Below, piece after piece: positions 20,401 to 26,011 of a DNA stretch of 32,606 nt (its first letter is position 1; every line of letters starts with the position of its first letter). The position numbers and the translations under genes were made by a program. Source of the stretch: a virus (taxonomy: Duplodnaviria; Caudoviricetes); the IMG/VR virus record IMGVR_UViG_3300005611_000125, positions 1 through 32,606 of that record, one strand, 5' to 3'. The notes under the pieces are model-generated. The model did no database searches, was not told the DNA's origin, and saw nothing but the letters and a program-made list of their open reading frames with translations.

Positions 20401-20847
20401 CTTATTCCTTCAGGAGGAGCTGCTTCTGGACAGACTGTTGTTCCTGCACCTGGACCATTCTATGGATTTACAGAGTATCCAAACATCTATCCAACATCTA
20501 ACACTGGTTTAGGATTTAGAGGGAGACCTGTATTTGAAGTTGTTGTTGTTCCTGAGAAGATTCTGTCAGATGATTCTGTTCTGCAGGTTGTTGATATTCC
20601 TGGTCTCAGATTGACGGGATATGTTAATGGAAAACCATATTATGGTCAGGTATTTGCAAAAGATGGTAATCTTTATGCTGGCATATCTGAAACTATTGGA
20701 GAACTTGTCCCTGTTTATGCAACACTGCAAGAAAGTATCCTGAATCGTCAGACTACGAGAGCATCTGCAATCCTTAGAACAGGAACTGAGGTAAGTAGAA
20801 ATGATCCTACTCTTAATATCCCTAACACTCCAGATAATCTCATCTGA
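14443..20847 (+). CDS. Giant virion protein (2134 aa) with about four PA14-like domains and duplicated acidic beta modules
   Basis: Four copies of FP..G.Y.[FI]...AD[ND]...[IL].[IV]; GGTGG repeats near the N-terminus; repeated DD...NGFDENA and DG.GDDIN motifs; Pro/Gly/Asp linker near the C-terminus. Confidence 0.7.
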   Translation: MSFNIFGAATKDNVRVGYVDPERGYITNQSIYEANVHASKNPGTIFILETRDRIRYLTINEVNNLGPEDITPDEVACQDGIKGLRPGETPTFPGGNQPVIVSGGNGSGGGSGNTAVKVGSTGGTPLTTGGTGGRPVLAGTVPLTAGGNPVKSGGVGGTPIFLGGTGGIPVLLGNQPLTINGKGVFVGGEGGLPLTSGGTGGTKLATDGTNECEGKIYISGGGGVGAYAVPVFGTDGSLLSAIVTDGGYGYKTPPQARIFDTCKRGTGAVLRSLLGEISSRTEYYDKEEDFELYDLTPPGGGVTAEYGNRFDPDGKIVGKWDPTLFASLQDNPIARQIQEYQDFLKELKNPWWHTRKETPLEVIFREKTDQVKHDVQHWAWGGKTVEIKQPPNKESQFEELEFEVYTQGGNQVERDLQFTFTSEDGGHKFQFKAPEFKDDRKTKVKRKVKRNTVYKVVASGRYKGKGVEQGLVAGIGKNAKEIKGDKKGSVIFADFIESANDNDDLQVRATQGTFEANKIKSDKRSIYALTYKFESNKDFKPTTKKKNVIEDSFMNRYAISPTAPSNVPGSDYAGRVATFVWEEDFPITGDYKFRGMADNIGKIFIDNELVLEERKFKGDPTKVVSRYIEEGVHEIKVELFNIPIKEKPKPVKQDLTITYHGLNQGSTKTVSGEKSYAIRTEGESSTAGRRVRNNGKEIQFDDDIDNGFDENASLKIESTSPGVSAKFNGDGTQMIVKGRGDVSLKFSWDDKPNISGLSVGTLKVGNGSKVSWTTRQKGTKGSDRKTINVGGEDSKEVIGKGGFIVSGDKKKVKMRDGKGDDINSTFSIVSSTNNARFSDDGKRLITDGPGNIKLKLEWDDNPKTAGVAVDKIEVGGVVLDQRGEKGTDTKTLTINAPKTVSTSNQSQSYDSIFNTADYVNKADRKLWRTNVYGRSGFLSENGICPFDTKRPLEGNPYAGTHVIRWEGVNFPVDGNYEITVDADDSVKIFIGNREGTGAIGIGNGLKDIEKGGDEVIIENGMNKQTYTRFFKKGKYRIRTELTQIPGGVFSFDKDGRAGGPDVTARFIERGGQNYLKVEGSGSAEIHFRLRTDDDPGNSGSFASKIKIGKGDKDSVELRRSQDGRSLKEKETINGSAFFEAGREYLVQTFNSNRDTGSRIKNKGQTIEYDDNISNGFDENADLTITKITNQQKSKVKGINPMALAIDIKAKSAEEPRISGRTWYENPMGAAFTIEAPLPPIPQEPRPRVEGRCPESPTWTTRFSGGSESWWPVTHQRPDGTKTWSKFMNRFASSPLPPLSTPNSDGGGGITYSNTWQVDFPYTGFYGFKGAADNFGRILVDGQEVYKLKGFSNPSPEIVKQKVTEGTHDVTVEVVNQDQRKRKKVTREVFNTKSWIKPLKEAPPTPAELTVEYRGLNQGSTKTVSGEKSYAIRTEGESSTAGRRVRNNGKEIQFDDDIDNGFDENAKLTIESTSPGVSAKFNSDGTQMIVKGSGDVSLRFEWNDNPKTAGLSVGTLKVGNGEKVSWTTRQKGEKGSDRKTINVGTKDTKEVIGKGGYTVSGNDVKMKDGHGDDINSTFSIVSSTVDAKFSSDGKKINYKGSGEITLRLKWDDNPNKYGVAVDSIAVGGSVWNQRGEKNSVTKTIKVTAESTAKGGVESGKKIGAVSYTGPTLFHFNHPAWSELMNSISVSPYTPPLDSDNPSIVGTFTLKWTGVNFPENGRYDIAFQADNIAKLLINGVEVNEVRSFRGEPKPRFVELNRGTYDVEIQLTNIPTNKDIFNNNPSGVALRITKDVTIVSSESQSWLNNPVGASAIILPPPCPKEIAGVGIVTAVLVEEPGNSYPPNRGVDPTEGGIPVTLKLVSIVPTATGIGYTPGDRIIVDPPTGEPFELEPELDPFGRIIGVPIGDTPAIPPPSGGTGDPGNGDPDRGDPTEPGRGGDPDRRDPNEPGRGPDGFDIIGNSETQILQVTDLPGQIGVADDTGVLIPLIPSGGAASGQTVVPAPGPFYGFTEYPNIYPTSNTGLGFRGRPVFEVVVVPEKILSDDSVLQVVDIPGLRLTGYVNGKPYYGQVFAKDGNLYAGISETIGELVPVYATLQESILNRQTTRASAILRTGTEVSRNDPTLNIPNTPDNLI
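16423..16578 (+). repeat. 156-nt direct repeat, copy 1
   Basis: Identical to 18682-18837 except for one synonymous C/T (GAC/GAT). Confidence 0.95.
18682..18837 (+). repeat. 156-nt direct repeat, copy 2
   Basis: Offset 2259 nt (753 codons) from copy 1, same frame. Confidence 0.95.
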
Positions 20848-20852
20848 GGTGT

Positions 20853-20858
20853 TAAATA
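20853..20858 (+). promoter_or_regulatory. Late promoter core TAAATA
   Basis: In the gap before ATG 20881. Confidence 0.6.
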
Positions 20859-20880
20859 GTTCATACTCTAAGTATTAAAG

Positions 20881-21495
20881 ATGCCAACTACAAGAAATAG
20901 TGGTGATAAGGATGGAGGTAATAATTTAAAGAAAAATTATACTGCCATTCGTTACGGTAATAATCATGGATCAGTTTCTTTTGGTCAGATTCATCACAAC
21001 TCTGATGTAACATCAGATATCATGCTAAAGGCATCTGATGGTGAACACTTTATGTCCATGGATAAGGATGGACAAAGACCTGGATGGACAACCTTCATGG
21101 GTCCTGGAAACTTTCAAGTTGAATGTGGAAGTAATAGGGAGAAAACTCAAGACACTGTGATGATTAATGCCAAGAATGGCAATATTGACATTATTGCCAC
21201 TAATGGTAAAATAAGATTACAAGCAAATGACATTGAGTTAGTTGCTGTCGGTGAAGATACTGCTGAAGGCAATATCAAGATGACTGCTAGTGAAAACATT
21301 AGTGGTGAAGCAAAGAAAATTATCATGAATTCAAAAAATAATACCAAGATGATATCATCTGGTATTACTGAGGCAATTGGAAATGCTGGTCTTAATTTAT
21401 ATGGAAATATTATTTCAGGTGTAAGTGATGCAGTTGCAGTTAAAGACTCCAAAGTTGGTGGTCAAAGATATCAACAACAACAAAATCAAGTTTAA
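20881..21495 (+). CDS. Probable gp5-C/VgrG-like beta-helical spike protein
   Basis: Short beta-strand periodicity (INAKNGNIDIIATNGKIRLQANDIEL...NIKMTASENI); downstream of gp5-N. Confidence 0.55.
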   Translation: MPTTRNSGDKDGGNNLKKNYTAIRYGNNHGSVSFGQIHHNSDVTSDIMLKASDGEHFMSMDKDGQRPGWTTFMGPGNFQVECGSNREKTQDTVMINAKNGNIDIIATNGKIRLQANDIELVAVGEDTAEGNIKMTASENISGEAKKIIMNSKNNTKMISSGITEAIGNAGLNLYGNIISGVSDAVAVKDSKVGGQRYQQQQNQV

Positions 21496-21503
21496 GGGGT
21501 AAA

Positions 21504-22271
21504 ATGACATTCAACATGGACGACGCCAATTTTGGCGGTCAAATAAAAGTAGGAACTGGTATCTTCCCTGCTATTGGTGAGGGTGTTACTAGAGTAAATG
21601 GTTCCGCAGGTATTGAAGGTCCTGTGGTGATAGGAAATCCAACTACATTTCCTATTCCATATGCAACTTTAAATATTGCACCACTTACTAATAGTGATAA
21701 TTTAATTGGTCCTATTGTTCCTGGTGCTGCATGTTTCCCTATTAGCAATCCATACTCTCTTGCTGTTAGTGGACCCTCTGCATTCTTGGGTAATGTGGAT
21801 TCAGCACTGACTGTTAATGCAGGTTTACATGTCTTTGCTCAGGGACATGTATTTTCCAACTGTGGTGGTCATGTTCTTGCTGCAAAGAAAGACTTTGATA
21901 TTAAACACCCATCAAAAGAGGGATGGAGACTTCGTTATGTTGCACCAGAAGCACCAAGTGCTGATGTGTATTGTAGAGGTAGAGTAACAAACAAAACTGA
22001 GATTGTGTTGCCATCATACTGGAAGGATCTGGTTGACTGGACTACCATTACAGTCAATCTAACTCCAATTGGTGCTCATCAAGATGTAATTGTAAAGAGA
22101 ATTGATGAGAAGAAAGTATATCTTCAAGCAATGGGAGGTATGCCAATCAATTGTTTCTATCATATCTACGGAGAGAGACAAGACTGCGAAAGAAATATCG
22201 CAGAGTATGAAGGTGAGTCACCCGCTGATTATCCAGGTGACAATTCACAATACTTACAATCTGGAGGTTGA
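21504..22271 (+). CDS. Tail/spike-associated protein, paralogue 1 (FDI.HP domain)
   Basis: C-terminal K.FDIKHP.K.G.RLR...E.P...VY.RGR...LP.YW..L.D..TITV.LT...EYEG.S..DYPGDNS.Y domain shared with the next gene. Confidence 0.55.
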   Translation: MTFNMDDANFGGQIKVGTGIFPAIGEGVTRVNGSAGIEGPVVIGNPTTFPIPYATLNIAPLTNSDNLIGPIVPGAACFPISNPYSLAVSGPSAFLGNVDSALTVNAGLHVFAQGHVFSNCGGHVLAAKKDFDIKHPSKEGWRLRYVAPEAPSADVYCRGRVTNKTEIVLPSYWKDLVDWTTITVNLTPIGAHQDVIVKRIDEKKVYLQAMGGMPINCFYHIYGERQDCERNIAEYEGESPADYPGDNSQYLQSGG

Positions 22272-22273
22272 TC

Positions 22274-22939
22274 ATGGCAGGAGAATTTGTACAAAGAGAG
22301 ATTCAACCACAAAAAAATTGTAGTGATCTTCCTACTTGGGGGCAAGGTTCTCCAAGATATGATTATATTTTTAAAGGAAATAAGGATGAAGCTACATATC
22401 CAGAGGAGGCATGTCCACCTTGGTATCATGCAACAGCACAGATTGATGGTCTTCAGATAAACACTCCAGGTATTACTGGTACGGGTGATGTTGTTATTAG
22501 TGGAGTGGTAGTTGCATCTGAAGTAACTGCTAGTGGCATTACTCTCACCAGTAGAAAACCATTTGATATTCCTCACCCAACCAAGAAAGGTTATCGTCTT
22601 CGTCATGTGTGTTTAGAGGGACCAGAGTCTGGTGTTTATTATAGGGGTAGATTGACTGGTAAAAATGTAATTGAACTACCTGAGTATTGGAGAGGATTGA
22701 TTGATCCAGAGACGATTACTGTTACTCTAACTCAGATCAAGACATCACAAGACTTGATTGTTGATGGTGTTGAGTGGGGAACTAGAATTAAAGTAAAGTC
22801 TGGAAACGGAACAGGTATTGATTGTTTCTATCTGGTCCATGCAGAAAGAGCAGATGGAGAGAAACTGATTGTAGAGTATGAGGGACAATCATCTGATGAT
22901 TATCCTGGTGACAATTCAATTTACAGTATCAATAAGTAG
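22274..22939 (+). CDS. Tail/spike-associated protein, paralogue 2 (FDI.HP domain)
   Basis: Same C-terminal domain as the previous gene; start moved to ATG 22274 because of the GGAGG SD at 22263-22267. Confidence 0.55.
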   Translation: MAGEFVQREIQPQKNCSDLPTWGQGSPRYDYIFKGNKDEATYPEEACPPWYHATAQIDGLQINTPGITGTGDVVISGVVVASEVTASGITLTSRKPFDIPHPTKKGYRLRHVCLEGPESGVYYRGRLTGKNVIELPEYWRGLIDPETITVTLTQIKTSQDLIVDGVEWGTRIKVKSGNGTGIDCFYLVHAERADGEKLIVEYEGQSSDDYPGDNSIYSINK

Positions 22940-22949
22940 GAGATAAATC

Positions 22950-23651
22950 ATGCCAAAATATTATTACGTTGTAGATACATCCATCACTAATGATGCGGGA
23001 GTAGCAGTTGGACAGACGACATATGATCTTCTAATTAATGAGAGATTAAGTCATGGTGTTATTCCAGAGACTACGGGTCCTGGAGCAGGAACAACATGGG
23101 CACCAACTGATTCTGCTGGTGTTCAGATTGGTATCCATACCACACAGTTAGTTGGTATTGGTGGAACTGCGGTGCATGATTTTAATTTGAAAGTTCATGG
23201 TAGTGCTAGTGTTGGTTTAGCTACCATTGGAGTCACCACATTTTTTGGTGGAACATATGAAACATTAAGACCTAATGATAAAATTTTATCTCCAACAAAT
23301 AATGATGTTGCACTAACGGTAATTGGGGGTTCTAATAATATTGCTATTGATGTTTCTCAAGAAACAGTGGCTATTGGAACTGTTGGTATAATGCCACAGT
23401 ACGATTTTACGAATGTTTCCTTAGAGAATAAACGGATGTGTACAGTATCCGTTATTGGACTTGGATCTGGTCCAGGTAGAGTCGGAGCAGGAACTACATA
23501 TACTATTAATGGTGGAGCACTGAAGTACATTACATGGGCAACGACATCGGTCCCTAATTTTGAGAGTTCAAATTATAATGTCATTACCTTTAGAATTTTA
23601 CAAGATTCCGTGGGACTGACTTCCGTGTTTGCTGTCAAAGAAGGTGGTTGA
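22950..23651 (+). CDS. Hypothetical virion protein (Thr/Gly/Val-rich, fibre-like C-terminal module)
   Basis: AGGAG SD; C-terminal ITW....P...N.ITF.I resembles the C-terminal module of the 26656 fibre. Confidence 0.5.
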   Translation: MPKYYYVVDTSITNDAGVAVGQTTYDLLINERLSHGVIPETTGPGAGTTWAPTDSAGVQIGIHTTQLVGIGGTAVHDFNLKVHGSASVGLATIGVTTFFGGTYETLRPNDKILSPTNNDVALTVIGGSNNIAIDVSQETVAIGTVGIMPQYDFTNVSLENKRMCTVSVIGLGSGPGRVGAGTTYTINGGALKYITWATTSVPNFESSNYNVITFRILQDSVGLTSVFAVKEGG

Positions 23652-23676
23652 CAAGGACCCCTGACCGTCGTATAAT
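23648..23676 (+). promoter_or_regulatory. Perfect sigma70-type early promoter TTGACA-N17-TATAAT
   Basis: TTGACA 23648-23653, 17-nt spacer, TATAAT 23671-23676; the -35 overlaps the upstream stop codon. Confidence 0.9.
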
Positions 23677-23699
23677 ACCTAGGTAATCAAACGAACCCC

Positions 23700-23897
23700 A
23701 TGCAAGACGAGTACCTGACCCGATGTGTCGTGGATCCCGTGTCCCGTAAGTTCTTTTTGTATTCTAATGAAGGTGAGGAGCGTGTTGTAGATTGTGATAC
23801 CGTGGATCAATTCATGGCCGTGCTTGAACTATGTCGTGATAACCTGGACGAAGATACACTTGCGTATGCTGACCCCCTGACCAAAAGCGACCTTTAA
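23700..23897 (+). CDS. Small acidic hypothetical early protein
   Basis: 65-aa ORF directly behind the sigma70 promoter. Confidence 0.7.
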   Translation: MQDEYLTRCVVDPVSRKFFLYSNEGEERVVDCDTVDQFMAVLELCRDNLDEDTLAYADPLTKSDL

Positions 23898-24004
23898 TTC
23901 CATTTTTGGGGGGAAAAAATCCCGGCAAATTTTTGACCCTATTACTTTTTTCATGAATTATTATTCATTAGATCTTTACAAAGAAATCCTAGAGTGTTAC
24001 GATT

Positions 24005-24160
24005 ATGAGACCAGAAACCCGACAATCTATGGAAATGTTGTTCGCAGCGAAGTGGAACTTACCCAAAGCAGCAAAGAATGCGGGTCTGACCAACAAGGAG
24101 ATGAAAATCACCTTTAACGAATATTGCACATTTCACCCCCCTACTTGGAAAGAGGAGTGA
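24005..24160 (+). CDS. Small hypothetical protein (51 aa, HTH-like)
   Basis: Hand translation: MRPETRQSMEMLFAAKWNLPKAAKNAGLTNKEMKITFNEYCTFHPPTWKEE*; the segment WNLPKAAKNAGLTNKEM looks like an HTH. Confidence 0.55.
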   Translation: MRPETRQSMEMLFAAKWNLPKAAKNAGLTNKEMKITFNEYCTFHPPTWKEE

Positions 24161-24184
24161 TTCCTTGGGAGAAATCCCACTTTT

Positions 24185-24259
24185 GCGCGAGTAGTCCAAC
24201 AGGCAGGAGACACCAAACTTAAAATTTGTACAGTGCGGGTTCGAATCCCGCCTCGCGTA
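24185..24259 (+). tRNA. trnL: tRNA-Leu(UAA) with a short variable loop
   Basis: Acceptor GCGCGAG/CTCGCGT with discriminator A; anticodon loop CTTAAAA (TAA 24220-24222); T arm GCGGG-TTCGAAT-CCCGC; no encoded CCA. Confidence 0.85.
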
Positions 24260-24315
24260 TTGCTAAACAGTAGACAATACTAAATAATAATAGTATATGT
24301 CTTCTGTTATGGCAA
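24260..24315 (+). promoter_or_regulatory. Long hairpin with late promoter TAAATA (24281-24286) at its apex and the HNH start codons in its 3' arm
   Basis: TTGCTA/TGGCAA, AACAG/CTGTT, AGACA/TGTCT and ATACTA/TAGTAT pairings, about 22 bp in total. Confidence 0.7.
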
Positions 24316-24770
24316 AATCTAGGAATTACACTGATGAACAATTTGTGGAAGCAGTTGCGAATAGTGGTAGTGTCCGCCAAGTTCTGCAAAAACTGAATTT
24401 GAGAGAAGCTGGAGGAAACTACCAGTGCGCCAAAGAGCGTATTAGACAGTTAAATTTAGATATTTCTCATTTTCACGGACAAGCGTGGAATAAAGGTAAA
24501 ACCTTACCTAAAAGGCAACCCCTAGAAACATATCTTGTAGAGAATAGACTGGTTCAGTCAAATACTCTTAAAAAACGCCTCATCAAAGAGGGCCTCAAAG
24601 AGCACAAGTGCGAAATGTGTGGCATTACAGAGTGGAACGGTCAACCTACCCCAATAGAACTTGACCATATTGATGGAAACCGATATAATAACACCATAGA
24701 GAATTTACGGATTCTCTGCCCCAACTGCCATGCTCAAACCGACACATATAGGGGTCGTAATAAGCACTAA
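24297..24770 (+). CDS. Free-standing HNH homing endonuclease (probable start ATG 24309)
   Basis: CEMCG...LDHIDGNRYNNTIENLRILCPNCH HNH/zinc motif; N-terminal helical DNA-binding region; adjacent to a tRNA. Confidence 0.9.
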   Translation: MSSVMAKSRNYTDEQFVEAVANSGSVRQVLQKLNLREAGGNYQCAKERIRQLNLDISHFHGQAWNKGKTLPKRQPLETYLVENRLVQSNTLKKRLIKEGLKEHKCEMCGITEWNGQPTPIELDHIDGNRYNNTIENLRILCPNCHAQTDTYRGRNKH

Positions 24771-24796
24771 ATATAGGTGGGGTATGCCAGAGTCCC

Positions 24797-25072
24797 ATGA
24801 AATATAGAATCGACGCCAGATATGTTTGGTATGATAAAGGCAAAGAAATTGTCTTGATGTATTTCATACAGGGGTTTCCGTTCACTTACGACGAACTCCC
24901 TGAAAAAGGATTGACTGATATGAGTTTAATTGCTTTGGCAGATAATTCTAAAAGGTGGGAACCTGATGGATTGTATCAATCTTCAATGTATCTTATTGCA
25001 GAGGAAGCAAATCCTCTAGTATTTGAGATGGAAGATCTCATTGAAAATCCAGAATGTTTGCCCATAGATTGA
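24797..25072 (+). CDS. Hypothetical protein (91 aa)
   Basis: Fills the gap between the HNH gene and tRNA-Thr; TAAATA at 24768-24773 upstream. Confidence 0.7.
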   Translation: MKYRIDARYVWYDKGKEIVLMYFIQGFPFTYDELPEKGLTDMSLIALADNSKRWEPDGLYQSSMYLIAEEANPLVFEMEDLIENPECLPID

Positions 25073-25073
25073 T

Positions 25074-25146
25074 GCCCCTGTAGCTCAGTTGGTAGAGCAA
25101 TGCTCTTGTAAAGCATTTGTCGCAAGTTCGAGTCTTGTCGGGGGCT
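25074..25146 (+). tRNA. trnT: tRNA-Thr(UGU)
   Basis: Acceptor GCCCCTG/CGGGGGC; D arm GCTC/GAGC; anticodon stem ATGCT/AGCAT with loop CTTGTAA (TGT 25107-25109); T arm GCAAG-TTCGAGT-CTTGT. Confidence 0.95.
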
Positions 25147-25160
25147 TATTAAGAGGTATT

Positions 25161-25340
25161 ATGAAGATTAACCTTTGGTATTCTAAAAGCATGGAGCAGT
25201 GGAGATGGACTCTCTGCGAAGAATTTAAGAATGGAGTAACAAAAATAGAACAACATTCTGGATCTCAACCAATGCTAAGAGATGCTATGAATGATGTTGC
25301 TAATACAGTTGAATATATGCTAGAATCCAAACAAAAGTAA
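25161..25340 (+). CDS. Small hypothetical protein (59 aa, MKINLWYSKSMEQWRWTL...)
   Basis: GAGG SD before ATG 25161; the longer track start at 25089 lies inside the tRNA. Confidence 0.7.
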   Translation: MKINLWYSKSMEQWRWTLCEEFKNGVTKIEQHSGSQPMLRDAMNDVANTVEYMLESKQK

Positions 25341-25341
25341 G

Positions 25342-25398
25342 TAGAGGTGGGCAGCAACTTGTGTCTTGGCGGATATAGTTGCGTAAGTCCCACTTTTA
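25342..25398 (+). ncRNA. Putative structured cis-regulatory or antisense RNA upstream of the GIY-YIG gene
   Basis: Stem TAGAGGTGGG/CCCACTTTTA, inner stem GCAACT/AGTTGC plus GTGTCT/GGATAT; two segments are perfectly complementary to the downstream mRNA. Confidence 0.55.
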
Positions 25399-25401
25399 TA
25401 C

Positions 25402-25409
25402 TATAAATA
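25402..25409 (+). promoter_or_regulatory. T4 late promoter TATAAATA for the GIY-YIG gene
   Basis: Perfect consensus, about 24 nt before ATG 25433. Confidence 0.8.
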
Positions 25410-25432
25410 ACAATAGTCAACGCCAAGACACG

Positions 25433-25993
25433 ATGAACGAATATTACACTTACGCATATTTGCGTGAAGATGGTACACCCTACTACATTGGTAAGGGCAA
25501 AGGTAGAAGATGTTATAAAAGTCATATCAGACAAAATAAAACAAATTTAAAACCAAAAGACAATAGTAAAATCATCTTCTTAAAGAAAAATCTTACAGAA
25601 GAAGAGGCAAATAAACACGAAGTTTATATGATTTTTATTTTTGGTAGAAAAGATTTAGAAACAGGTATTCTTCGTAATATGACTGATGGTGGTGATGGAA
25701 TATCTGGATATTCTCATAGTGAAGATACTAAGAAAAAAATTTCACAACCTGGCAACAAAAATCCATTTTATGGTAAAAAACATTTACCAGAAACAATAGA
25801 AAAAATGAAACTTGCTTCTAAAAACAGGAAAAGAAAACCACACAGCGAAGAAACTAAAAATAAAATGAAAGAATCTGCCAAAAAATATTGGGAAAATAAT
25901 GGTAGAGATATTAAGGGAGAAAATAATCCTTTTTATGGAAAACTTCATACCGAAGAAACCAAGAAAAAAATTTCACAGTATGTTAGTAAATAA
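25433..25993 (+). CDS. Free-standing GIY-YIG homing endonuclease with NUMOD3 repeats (Seg-like)
   Basis: YTYAY...PYYIGKG..RR...E...I..FGR...LRN.TDGGDG catalytic domain; HSE.TK.K[IM] and KNPFYGK.H..ET repeats. Confidence 0.88.
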   Translation: MNEYYTYAYLREDGTPYYIGKGKGRRCYKSHIRQNKTNLKPKDNSKIIFLKKNLTEEEANKHEVYMIFIFGRKDLETGILRNMTDGGDGISGYSHSEDTKKKISQPGNKNPFYGKKHLPETIEKMKLASKNRKRKPHSEETKNKMKESAKKYWENNGRDIKGENNPFYGKLHTEETKKKISQYVSK

Positions 25994-26011
25994 GAACAAA
26001 TACTTATAATA

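Noticed and set aside
25089-25160. 5' extension of ORF 25089-25340
   Set aside because: It overlaps tRNA-Thr; the real start is ATG 25161 with a GAGG SD.
25379-25432. TTG start of the GIY-YIG ORF at 25379
   Set aside because: It lies upstream of the late promoter and inside the RNA hairpin; the GIY-YIG motif begins right after ATG 25433.
24297-25993. Group I intron or intein context for the two endonucleases
   Set aside because: The flanking genes and tRNAs are intact and uninterrupted, and I see no intron core or intein splice motifs; both look free-standing.
26005-26010. TATAAT before mom as a sigma70 promoter
   Set aside because: No -35 or extended -10 at the correct spacing, and it is too close to the ATG.
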